Source: a virus (Duplodnaviria > Heunggongvirae > Uroviricota > Caudoviricetes). From it: a stretch of 36,716 nt of DNA. The notes below the pieces were generated by a model. The model was given only the letters and a program-made list of their open reading frames with translations, was not told the origin of the DNA and searched no databases. Made by a program: the position numbers and the translations under genes. Below are positions 28,051 through 36,432 of this stretch, one piece after another (within the stretch, counting starts at the first letter, position 1; each line of letters starts with the position of its first letter). The stretch covers positions 146,004 to 182,719 of IMG/VR virus record IMGVR_UViG_3300009008_000004, one strand, 5' to 3'.

Positions 28051-28491
28051 ATGTACAAGGGAATCTGCCACAATTGCGCTGCTTGCGTCATCGTTGACAA
28101 CAAGCGCTCAGGGAGCTGCATGCTCCAAGGGATCGAAGACGTCCACCAAGAACCGGACAAGAAGAGCTGTCCCCACTACAGGGCAGTACTGCGCTACGAT
28201 GGGTCATACCCCTCGTTCAGCTGGTCCCGGAAGGCGCGGCTCACAGAGCTGCAGGCCGCAAACATGATTCTCGGCTGCGGCGAGGACGTGAAGAAGTTCG
28301 GCAACAAGATGTTCATGGTCCTCCGCCCCGGAAGCGAGGGTTACTCCGAGGCCTTCCGCGGATGGTTCGAGGCACGAATGGCCTGCTCGCCAGCAGACCG
28401 CTACCCCGAACCCCCCGTGGGGTCCTTGGCCCTTTACAACTATGATGGGCAGCTCTGGTTGATTGAAAAGATACGAGCTGAGGAGGTATAA
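28051..28491 (+). CDS. Cys-rich hypothetical protein
   Basis: CHNCAAC...C...CPHY; GAGGGG RBS. Confidence 0.75.
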   Translation: MYKGICHNCAACVIVDNKRSGSCMLQGIEDVHQEPDKKSCPHYRAVLRYDGSYPSFSWSRKARLTELQAANMILGCGEDVKKFGNKMFMVLRPGSEGYSEAFRGWFEARMACSPADRYPEPPVGSLALYNYDGQLWLIEKIRAEEV

Positions 28492-28499
28492 GGATGATG

Positions 28500-28746
28500 C
28501 ACGGGAGGTAACGCCTCTCCCGCCGGACGACGGTAAACGTCCTAAGGTGTTAGCAGCATCGAAGCTCTTGACCAGCAGGAAAGGATAGGGGGTACACGGA
28601 CAACCCCTGCAAGGCTGGCAGGTCCGAAGCTAGGATCCCTCGGGTTAGAGAGTCTGCTTTGCGGGGCCGACCGCCGCAAGGTAAATGGAACCATGAGGGG
28701 GAGCAAACAGGTGCTGGTAAAGGGGTGGGTAAAACCGCCCCTTTTT
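28500..28746 (+). ncRNA. putative stand-alone structured small RNA
   Basis: GGTATAAG at 28485, several hairpins, terminator at 28719-28746, no credible ORF. Confidence 0.45.
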
Positions 28747-28764
28747 ATCTCTAAGGAATATTCC

Positions 28765-29826
28765 TTACGCCTTGAACACCAGCTTCCGGAGGGCACGAGC
28801 GGCAAACCGACCAAGAGTACCTCCCTTTGGTGCAGCCTTAGCTACCGTCCCGACCGCTTTCGGTGCTGCCTTCGGCAGAATCTTTGGGGTAGCCGTAGGC
28901 GCAGGAGCCTTTATCGGAGCCGGCTTCTTGAGCTTCGGTGCAAGCTTTGGAAGAGACGACTTTGGTTTAGAGGCTACCGGATAAGCACTTTTCGGGGCCT
29001 GTGCCCGAGTACCCATCATAATACGTTGCACAGCATCTCTGCGTTGAGAGACCGAGGTCTTTGGGTCCTTTATTGTACCACCCATCAGCTTCTCGGCGGA
29101 GCGATTAATCGCCTTCCGATGATGCCGCGAAACACGGGGAAGCACTTCTCCTGTCTGTAGATTTTTAGCGCCCTTACCATAGGTCCACTCAAAGGGGCTA
29201 CCGGCGACAGTATACCTCACGCGAGTCATCGGCTCTCCCTTGCGGATAGTCCCTAAAAACTCACGGGCAGTTTTCTTCGCCTTAGGATCAACCCCGGTCA
29301 AGGTGTTCAATATGTTTGTTTCCTTCACCAGAACTCCAGGGTTAGCATGCCCAGCAAGCCCCGGAACATGCCGTTTAGCGGCGTGCTCAGCTCCCTCATG
29401 CGCCCACATAAGACGAGAAAGTAAGGCCTTTTCCTTCCCACTGAACTTCCGCTGCTTCTTCCCAGTAGCCTCCTGCAGCTGGGATATGAGCTTGTTGCCA
29501 GCTGCCCCTCTTGGGCCCGGAAGGATAACCCGCCGCTTACCCGTGAGTGCGGCTGTAGCATCCCGACTAAGGCCCACCTGGGGGTACTGCGCGCGCTCCA
29601 GCTGCCGCATAGTAGTTCCAGGCTTCGCTATCCCCACCGCCTGCGCAAATCGGAGCGTAGGCCGTCTTACTTTCTCGGGGACTCCTCCCATCACAGGACC
29701 AATTGGGGTATCTACCGCCAGAGACTTTGGGACACGATATTTCTGCTTCGTAAGGTGTGCAACATGAGCAAGCTCTTCCCCGGAAATAGCAATCTTTTCC
29801 AGAGCATCTCTAGTGTGAAAAAACAT
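28765..29826 (-). CDS. basic protein with LEKIA motif, AHEGAE (HExxE-like) segment and Pro/Lys/Ala tail
   Basis: GGAGG RBS; long ORF. Confidence 0.75.
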   Translation of the reverse strand: MFFHTRDALEKIAISGEELAHVAHLTKQKYRVPKSLAVDTPIGPVMGGVPEKVRRPTLRFAQAVGIAKPGTTMRQLERAQYPQVGLSRDATAALTGKRRVILPGPRGAAGNKLISQLQEATGKKQRKFSGKEKALLSRLMWAHEGAEHAAKRHVPGLAGHANPGVLVKETNILNTLTGVDPKAKKTAREFLGTIRKGEPMTRVRYTVAGSPFEWTYGKGAKNLQTGEVLPRVSRHHRKAINRSAEKLMGGTIKDPKTSVSQRRDAVQRIMMGTRAQAPKSAYPVASKPKSSLPKLAPKLKKPAPIKAPAPTATPKILPKAAPKAVGTVAKAAPKGGTLGRFAARALRKLVFKA

Positions 29827-29947
29827 GTTACCCTCCCAGGCAGTAACGAGTATACTCTATATCAACAAAAAATCGGGTGCAAGTAGGACGCAGACACTGG
29901 TATAAGGACTACGTACCTGGTAGGGGAACTACCTTCTTTGATATTTT

Positions 29948-30333
29948 GGGGGTGATTTGGTTTCGACGTTGGTGAATCGAGTTTAGTGCCGCATGCCCCG
30001 GAGATCACGGACCGGGTCAAAAACTGTGGTAAACTTCAAGTGCCGAAAACGACACTACCTTGGGTGACAATGTCATCCCGCTCTTTGGTGCGCGTGCTGC
30101 CACCACCTTTGGAGCGCCGACTCAGCAGCTCGCCGCCGTAGCGTAAGGTACTACGGTTAGGTTAAACCCACCCAGCTCCAAGGAGCTCACTCCTGGTTAG
30201 CCGGTGGCAAAGACACGATGTCCATCTAGTGTTGAGTCTCCGGTGGAGCGTAATAAATCTTCGATGGCTAAGCATGTGAACGAGGCAATGAACAAGACAC
30301 TGGCGGACCCGGGTTCGAATCCCGGCACCTCCA
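29948..30333 (+). ncRNA. ssrA: tmRNA
   Basis: GGGGGTG/CACCTCC-A acceptor with G3:U70, GGTTTCGAC D-loop analogue, GCATG helix and GGTTCGAATCC T-arm; tag frame 30042-30146; GGTATAAG at 29899. Confidence 0.95.
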
Positions 30334-30443
30334 GCCATGCACCTCCACCCTGCCTCAACAGAGGGGAGTCTCTTTGCTAAGGTAGCGGTGGAGGTGGTAC
30401 CAAATGAAAGTTGAACTTCAGTGCGAGAATCCCGGCACCTCCA
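30317..30443 (+). repeat. 17-bp direct repeat of the tmRNA 3' end (GAATCCCGGCACCTCCA at 30317-30333 and 30427-30443)
   Basis: Exact match read directly from the sequence. Confidence 0.9.
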
Positions 30444-30507
30444 CTAAGCAGTTGTAATCCTTCGAGAATTGGGATGGGAAGTAACCTAGGTATAGGAGAC
30501 GATCTAT

Positions 30508-31296
30508 ATGTCAACCGCAAAAGACGATCTCAAAGCTCTCACCTCTGAGGTGTTGGGCAGGCAACTTCGCGACCTGCGAAGCATGCGTTTCGCACAGGAC
30601 ACCCTAACCAAAGCCCTTCCCCATATCTCTGGGAAGAAGGAGGGGTATGCCAAAGACATACTCGCCACATTGGAGGAGAAGATAGAGCAGGAGAAAAAAG
30701 ACATTGCCTTCCGGAAGAAAACCCACCAGAAAATATTCGGCGAGGAATTGATTATCCCCGAGGACAAGATCCCTCCGATGAAAGACCCCAACAACCCCTT
30801 CCTCAACTACTTTGGCTTAGAGCATATGGCGGAGTTCACCATGGAGGCATCCGCCCAACCTCACCTGGAAATAGTTTTCCACGACAACGATTTTGGGTGG
30901 CCCGTGTCGAAGGCAGTCAAGACCCTCTGGTCGTTTATCCACGAGAACAATGGGCACCTACTGCGTGGAGGGAAATACCCAAGCCGGCCCGACGCCCCCT
31001 CCATCGAAGAAGTCTTCAAGGAACTCCACAAGGCGGGCGCACTGCGTACACTGCTTACCCGCCTGTACGTCCTTGCCGACCAGGAGTCACATGTTGAGTT
31101 CCTGACCCGCGGACTCCATCGGGAGGCGGTGAATTGGGCTGAAAAGGTGCTTGAGAAGCCCGGAGAACTCCACATTGAAGAGACCTACATAAACTTCAAG
31201 TTCCGCTTCCACGAAGGGGATGATTTCATGTGGGAATGGAAGAACAGCGAACACTGTGCGCTGAATTTGGTGACCGGCGCTGTTCGGGTATTCTAA
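30508..31296 (+). CDS. hypothetical protein
   Basis: AGGAG RBS; long ORF. Confidence 0.75.
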   Translation: MSTAKDDLKALTSEVLGRQLRDLRSMRFAQDTLTKALPHISGKKEGYAKDILATLEEKIEQEKKDIAFRKKTHQKIFGEELIIPEDKIPPMKDPNNPFLNYFGLEHMAEFTMEASAQPHLEIVFHDNDFGWPVSKAVKTLWSFIHENNGHLLRGGKYPSRPDAPSIEEVFKELHKAGALRTLLTRLYVLADQESHVEFLTRGLHREAVNWAEKVLEKPGELHIEETYINFKFRFHEGDDFMWEWKNSEHCALNLVTGAVRVF

Positions 31297-31297
31297 G

Positions 31298-31504
31298 GTG
31301 AAATACGAAGACCTGAAAGTAGGAATGCGTGTCCGCCTTACCGCGAACCTCGCTACCTACCACACCAAAGGGATGATCTGTATCGTAACAGACATTGGGG
31401 TGGATAAGGAATGGGACCCAAAGTTTGCAATCAAGCGCGCCGGGACTGATTTCAGTATGGTCTACCCCGCCGGCCTCGCCCATTGGCTTGAACTTGCTGA
31501 GTAG
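31298..31504 (+). CDS. small SH3-like beta-barrel protein
   Basis: LKVGMRVRL...KGMICIVTDI pattern. Confidence 0.6.
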   Translation: MKYEDLKVGMRVRLTANLATYHTKGMICIVTDIGVDKEWDPKFAIKRAGTDFSMVYPAGLAHWLELAE

Positions 31505-31557
31505 TCAGCACCTGCAAAGGGGTCCTGAGGTTGGTCACCCAGGGCCCCCGCAGGATT

Positions 31558-31572
31558 TATCTCGCTTAGATA
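31558..31572. promoter_or_regulatory. palindromic operator-like site TATCTC-GCT-TAGATA
   Basis: Follows the hairpin at 31511-31554; 14 nt upstream of GGTATAAG at 31587. Confidence 0.6.
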
Positions 31573-31602
31573 TTTTCTCTTTAGCTGGTATAAGCATTGT
31601 AA

Positions 31603-31762
31603 TTCCGGGACGCAGCCTGCTCCTCTGCAAGGTAAAGGCGTGGACCGGAAGAGGCCGGCGGCTACTCGGAGGGGTTCTCTTTTCCCCGCCCATAGTGCCA
31701 GTGGGGTTTAGACAAATATCCCGATCCGAGCTCATTCGGAGTTACACCGGGTACCCGCCGGC
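31603..31762 (+). ncRNA. structured 5' leader
   Basis: TTCCGG/CCGGAA and GCCGGCGG-C-TACTCGG/CCGGGTA-C-CCGCCGGC helices between the promoter and the RBS. Confidence 0.45.
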
Positions 31763-31792
31763 GGCACTAACATAACCAAACGGAGGCTTGTA

Positions 31793-32476
31793 ATGGCTAC
31801 GTCACAGAAACCCCTCGTAGACATGTACGAGGACGCGTGGGGCCGGGAATACTTTAGGAGCCAGGAGATCAAGTCCAATATAACCAAGGAATGGATGTGC
31901 CCCTACTGCTACCCAACCCACCTGAGCTCACTAGGAAGCGTTTCCCTATTCTGCCCAACATGCGGCAGGCGGTACATCGCCGAGGAGAGTGCTCGTCTGT
32001 ACCTCGTTACCGCATACTATAAGAAGAAGATAAAGAAGCCCAGCACTGGATGGGCCGCGCCCCTGTACCAGGTGTCGGGGGACGCAAATGTATATTCTTG
32101 CCCAATGTGTGGGGGCTCCACAATGGCTCTGGCACTGACGCCCACAACATGCGCTGCATGCAATAACTCCTTCTTTCTTATGGATGGAGGAATCCACCGT
32201 ATGGGAGACACAAAGGAAATGGGGTCCGCGGATCTGGAAGAGCACCCGCAAAAGATCTCCCGGCTCACCAAGGTCGCGCAAGCGATGCAGAAAGACAAAC
32301 CTACAACTGCCCAGGGTTTACAAGGAGAAGCTCTCTGGAAAAAAAGGTTCGAGACACTCCTCGGGGCCTACGCCACATTAGCCGCGGAGAACCTTGATGA
32401 CTACGTAGTAAACTCGGAAAAAACCCGTATCCGTAACTGGGTGTATTCACGAGTCCCGGGTCCGGAGGAAGAATGA
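31793..32476 (+). CDS. multi zinc-ribbon protein
   Basis: Four CxxC pairs; GGAGG RBS. Confidence 0.75.
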   Translation: MATSQKPLVDMYEDAWGREYFRSQEIKSNITKEWMCPYCYPTHLSSLGSVSLFCPTCGRRYIAEESARLYLVTAYYKKKIKKPSTGWAAPLYQVSGDANVYSCPMCGGSTMALALTPTTCAACNNSFFLMDGGIHRMGDTKEMGSADLEEHPQKISRLTKVAQAMQKDKPTTAQGLQGEALWKKRFETLLGAYATLAAENLDDYVVNSEKTRIRNWVYSRVPGPEEE

Positions 32477-32805
32477 AAGTACACCTGGAAATAGAGGTAG
32501 ACGTGGTTGATACAGAACTGCTGCGCAAGTACGCCGAGGAAAGAACTACTGAGGCCTTCGGCCTCAAGTGCCCAACACTAGTAGCGGACCAGGTCATAGA
32601 GGCTCTTGTTCTAAGTAACGAAAATCCTGCGCCCTTGGACTACGGGATCGAAATTGTGGACTGGCGGACTACTACGGTGGTAGCTCTCGGCGCGACGCCC
32701 TTTAGCACCCCCTCTAAAGAGCGGGGCCCGAAGGGTATAATAAAAAACGGAAGCCGAAAAAACCGGTTTGGCAAAATCAAGAGTCTGCCAAAGGAGGAAC
32801 CATGA
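32473..32805 (+). CDS. hypothetical protein
   Basis: ATGA overlap; GGAGG RBS. Confidence 0.7.
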   Translation: MKVHLEIEVDVVDTELLRKYAEERTTEAFGLKCPTLVADQVIEALVLSNENPAPLDYGIEIVDWRTTTVVALGATPFSTPSKERGPKGIIKNGSRKNRFGKIKSLPKEEP

Positions 32806-32963
32806 CCACCGAATTCTTTCAGACCCGAATGGGGATGAAGTTCTACGAGGGCACAGTCCCCCGATTGGCCAAGCACCTGAGCAGGATTGCTGATGCTTTA
32901 GAGGAACAGAACAAGCTCATGAAGGAACAGAACAAGCTCATGAAGGAGAAGAAGGATGAGTGA
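32802..32963 (+). CDS. 53-aa protein MTTEFFQTRMGMKFYEGTVPRL... with a duplicated heptad
   Basis: AAGGAGG RBS; ATGA overlap; absent from the ORF track. Confidence 0.7.
   Translation: MTTEFFQTRMGMKFYEGTVPRLAKHLSRIADALEEQNKLMKEQNKLMKEKKDE
32902..32943. repeat. 21-bp tandem duplication (EQNKLMK twice)
   Basis: AGGAACAGAACAAGCTCATGA occurs twice in tandem. Confidence 0.9.
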
Positions 32964-33192
32964 GGCTCCCCAACGATTTATGGCTCGAGATTACTACAAC
33001 GATGAAGCGGCCACGCATTACTGCCCCTCTTGTAAAGCTTTGCACAAAAGGGGTCTGCGGCATGGACATTGGTGTCCCTGCTCCGCATGTGCTGCGCGGC
33101 TGAAATTGGCGGGGCCGTATATCCTACTGCAGCGGGGCCTTCCCAAGGAGAGCCGCCTCGCCAAAGCTGCTCGAATGGGCCGAATTATCTAA
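32956..33192 (+). CDS. zinc-finger protein
   Basis: CPSC...H...CPCSAC. Confidence 0.65.
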   Translation: MSEAPQRFMARDYYNDEAATHYCPSCKALHKRGLRHGHWCPCSACAARLKLAGPYILLQRGLPKESRLAKAARMGRII

Positions 33193-33223
33193 ATGGGATA
33201 AATGAACAATAGAGGGCAAGAAC

Positions 33224-33574
33224 ATGAAAACATTTCGAGTCGCCGACGTGTGTACCAAGTACATTACGCCAAAAGACGCCGAGCTTCTCGCAAGAGATGC
33301 AAAGATGTACCGCGAACTGATCGAGGAGAACAAACACCACCACCATCCCACATGCCCATGCTACCTTGTACATGAATACCCCGAAGGCTTTTGGGTGCAT
33401 GTGCCCTACGATGAGCTAGAAGCCTTTATAGAGGAGGAGCGGCACGCAGCGATCGCGGGGTACTCCTCGCAATTCTTGGAAATCATGCAGCACATGTGCA
33501 ATAACAAAGTTGGCTGGTTGCGCTTGGATGCCGACGGGCAAGAGCTTGATGGATTCGAGGAACAGGAGTGGTAA
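33224..33574 (+). CDS. hypothetical protein (WLRLDADG motif)
   Basis: C-terminal motif recalled from phage/plasmid small proteins. Confidence 0.7.
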   Translation: MKTFRVADVCTKYITPKDAELLARDAKMYRELIEENKHHHHPTCPCYLVHEYPEGFWVHVPYDELEAFIEEERHAAIAGYSSQFLEIMQHMCNNKVGWLRLDADGQELDGFEEQEW

Positions 33575-33786
33575 TGGCTCTCAATAAAGCAATTGAACAC
33601 GGCAAGGAGAAACGAAAGGAATACCGAGGCTCCAAAGCCTTCGACAGCACCTGCCGGAACCATGGTGGGTGCCCCTCGTGCCGGGCCAACCGGACACGGT
33701 ACAAAAAGGTCGGGAAACTGCTCGACAAGGAGGCTGAAGATGAGCTCCGCAGAAGAGGATCTGAAGAAGCTGCTGATAGCGATTGA
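33574..33786 (+). CDS. small basic phage protein (CRNHGGCPSC)
   Basis: TAATG coupling; AGGAG RBS. Confidence 0.75.
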   Translation: MALNKAIEHGKEKRKEYRGSKAFDSTCRNHGGCPSCRANRTRYKKVGKLLDKEAEDELRRRGSEEAADSD

Positions 33787-33985
33787 GCCCTTACAACGGG
33801 CCCGCGAACGGCAGATGCAGCGGACCAGACGACTCCAACTGCTCGCCAAACACCGCAGGGAAGGTGTTGTAAGCGAGCGAGAGGCCCATGTGGAGATACG
33901 GGAAATCAACTCCACAGTAATAGACTTCGGGGAGCCGATCGAAGCGCTCCTTACTGTGTACGAGGAGGTACAACCTAGATGGTAG
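33740..33985 (+). CDS. hypothetical protein
   Basis: AAGGAGG RBS before ATG 33740. Confidence 0.65.
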   Translation: MSSAEEDLKKLLIAIEPLQRARERQMQRTRRLQLLAKHRREGVVSEREAHVEIREINSTVIDFGEPIEALLTVYEEVQPRW

Positions 33986-34275
33986 AGAAAACAACTGAGG
34001 TAGACCTTACCACCGTAACTGTCGCAGAGCTACTTGCCGCCAGCTTCCCCAAGAACGAGGAAGGCCTGGTAATGTTCACGCACCCAAGCGGAAAGGCCGC
34101 AGTCTTCCTCGCCAGCGGCGAATACGCAACCAAGTTGATGCTGATCTCCGCCGAAGAGGCTACCAAAGTCTTGGAGGAGCTCGTAGCTTCTGAGGAAATT
34201 GAGCAGGTAGATACTGAAGAGGCTACCAAACAAGCAGTAGCCGAGATCGAACGTAAAAAACGTCCCGTCCACTAA
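33979..34275 (+). CDS. acidic hypothetical protein
   Basis: GAGGAGG RBS. Confidence 0.7.
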   Translation: MVEKTTEVDLTTVTVAELLAASFPKNEEGLVMFTHPSGKAAVFLASGEYATKLMLISAEEATKVLEELVASEEIEQVDTEEATKQAVAEIERKKRPVH

Positions 34276-34303
34276 ATCCCCAGAACATAATAGGAGGCAA
34301 CAA

Positions 34304-34567
34304 ATGGGATGGATATTCCTCATTCTCTATTTCATCGGTCTGTGCATTACCGGGATCAGCGTAGCCTGGTGGATTGCAGCAGTTGTAGAGCCCGTACGAC
34401 GGAAACAAATGGATTCCGAGTCCTACCTCTTTTACACACTGGGAGTTCTCCTTTGGATGTTTACTATGTGGGCTTACCTGCTACGCCTCGGTGTGCACCT
34501 CTTTGAGCAACGGGAGAAAGACAAGGGGCTCCGAAGAGAACGTGAGGTTGGGCATGGACAACCCTAA
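34304..34567 (+). CDS. two-helix membrane protein
   Basis: Two transmembrane-like segments; AGGAGG RBS. Confidence 0.7.
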   Translation: MGWIFLILYFIGLCITGISVAWWIAAVVEPVRRKQMDSESYLFYTLGVLLWMFTMWAYLLRLGVHLFEQREKDKGLRREREVGHGQP

Positions 34568-34826
34568 ATGGCCGGAGATCGAAACAGACTGGGAGCCCAG
34601 CGAAGAGGATCTGCAATGGTGCAGGAACGTAGGTGCATGCTTGACGGAAGGCGGTATTTGGACCATCCCGGCCAGCACGCACACGTACCAGCTGTGGCCC
34701 GCGAAGAAACAAATTAAACTTCTACACGGAGACCCGTTCCACCCGAATAGCCAGCGAACAAGCAAGGCGTTCAAGACACTCGGGTGGACGGTGATCTTAC
34801 GTGTACAGAACCAAGAGGTACACTAA
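34554..34826 (+). CDS. hypothetical protein
   Basis: GAGGT RBS before ATG 34554. Confidence 0.7.
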   Translation: MDNPKWPEIETDWEPSEEDLQWCRNVGACLTEGGIWTIPASTHTYQLWPAKKQIKLLHGDPFHPNSQRTSKAFKTLGWTVILRVQNQEVH

Positions 34827-34828
34827 AG

Positions 34829-35692
34829 ATGCCACTCCACACAGTCTATACTTGCCCACGCTGCAGGAAAAGGCGGTCCGTGCGGGGAATCGTGGGCGTT
34901 GACAAAACAGTCTGCCGACAAACCCAATTAGTAGTGAATGTCACTCCAGGGGATGGCACTACTCTAGCACCGTACACCTACCCGGCACCCGCAGCACAAA
35001 CTGAGCTATATGAGATGTGCCTCTCATGCGCCGAAGTGTTTGCCGCAACTATGAAGGTAGTGGCAACCAAGTTTCTCAAAACTCCCTCGAAGGAGCAGGA
35101 GCCCCAAGGGGCTCTGGGCAGGATCCGAAAGCTTACGCAAAACAATATCGAAGAGGCTGAGGTCACAGCCGCTCTTGCAGAGGCAGAAGCAGTAGTAGAA
35201 GCACTACCGCCAGAGGAGCTGCTCCTCTACGGTGTCTACAAGCTCGAACGAATAGTCTGTGCCAAGTGCAGATGTGGAGACGCCGACTTCACGCCGGATA
35301 AAGTACACGACAGGCGCAGCACATTCTTCGTCGGGGTAGAACTCACGGATAAAAAGGAGAAGTATGTCCCACGCAAGATTGGTTGGTTACGCAAGCACCC
35401 ACAGCACCCCGCAACTTACTTCAACGACACACACCAAGATGGTGGCATACAGCTTTCTCTGCTGATCAACGACTATAATTACTACCTCAGTGGACGAGAA
35501 GCAGGGCACACTCGGCGGCGAGCAGCGCAATACCCAAAGCGACTTACTGCCACAACCAGGTGTGCCCACTGTGGCCGGAAGAATGTAAACCTACAGTTCC
35601 ACTACCTCGGGGGTGGTGTAGAGGATGGAAAAGTGGGGCTCGACAACTTTCTGGCGCGCATTGCCAGCGGCGAGATGGCCCTTCGCCAGTAG
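34829..35692 (+). CDS. multi-CxxC hypothetical protein
   Basis: CPRC, CLSC, CAKC and CAHC. Confidence 0.7.
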   Translation: MPLHTVYTCPRCRKRRSVRGIVGVDKTVCRQTQLVVNVTPGDGTTLAPYTYPAPAAQTELYEMCLSCAEVFAATMKVVATKFLKTPSKEQEPQGALGRIRKLTQNNIEEAEVTAALAEAEAVVEALPPEELLLYGVYKLERIVCAKCRCGDADFTPDKVHDRRSTFFVGVELTDKKEKYVPRKIGWLRKHPQHPATYFNDTHQDGGIQLSLLINDYNYYLSGREAGHTRRRAAQYPKRLTATTRCAHCGRKNVNLQFHYLGGGVEDGKVGLDNFLARIASGEMALRQ

Positions 35693-35702
35693 AGGAGTTC
35701 CA

Positions 35703-36044
35703 ATGGTAGACATAAAACAACTGAAGGATAGGACAGCACTCATGGACGGGGTGGTGCGTAATAAGTTCCACCCCGAATCTTTCCGTATCCCCGGTACGGC
35801 CGATAAGGCAATGATCATGCAAGGGGATTTCATCAAGATCGGGATCGAGTGGGAAGGTGGGGACGATGGGCCTTCTGGTGAAAGGTTCTGGGTGCAAATA
35901 GTCTCCCGCGACGGGGACAAGTTCGTTGGCCGTGTTGACAATGAGCTTGTTGGTACCAAGTATCACACCTTTGGCCTGGACGACCATATCGAGTTCGAGG
36001 AACGCCATGTCCTCTCAGTCTACGATCGGGGGACTGTCCACTGA
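35703..36044 (+). CDS. DUF2314-like small beta-barrel protein
   Basis: GERFWVQIVSRDGDKFVGRVDNE motif; GAGGAG RBS. Confidence 0.65.
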   Translation: MVDIKQLKDRTALMDGVVRNKFHPESFRIPGTADKAMIMQGDFIKIGIEWEGGDDGPSGERFWVQIVSRDGDKFVGRVDNELVGTKYHTFGLDDHIEFEERHVLSVYDRGTVH

Positions 36045-36144
36045 TCACGCCCGCGGAAACATCCGCCGGCTAGGGAGAAGCGGGTGTGGGGCCTCCCGCA
36101 TTCTCCTTACATATCGGGTATAAGGCAATCGAAAGGAGGGACAG

Positions 36145-36423
36145 ATGCGCTCCCATCGATTACGGAAAATACTAAAGGCCCTCAATGAGGGGGAGCCACC
36201 AGACATAGCCCCGCACCTTGTATGCTCTAAGTGTCGTGCGGGCAGGGGCGCTCTACAACGAGTAGCCTTGAAGAAATTCAAACCAGATCCAAGAGAGACA
36301 GAAATTAGGCGGGTACTTTACTCGTGCACCAAATGCGAACACAGGTTTGTACTTACCCTTGTCCGGGAAAAGGGTACAACCACCTGGTGCATGCAAGGTG
36401 GCCGGCAACCGGTTGAGTACTAG
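36145..36423 (+). CDS. zinc-ribbon protein
   Basis: GGTATAAG at 36117; AAGGAGG RBS; CSKC and CTKC. Confidence 0.7.
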   Translation: MRSHRLRKILKALNEGEPPDIAPHLVCSKCRAGRGALQRVALKKFKPDPRETEIRRVLYSCTKCEHRFVLTLVREKGTTTWCMQGGRQPVEY

Positions 36424-36432
36424 GAGGGTAAC

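Noticed and set aside
30317-30443. Prophage attL/attR junction with a host chromosome
   Set aside because: Phage-like genes with the same promoter motif lie on both sides, the repeats are only 110 nt apart, and no integrase is in the window.
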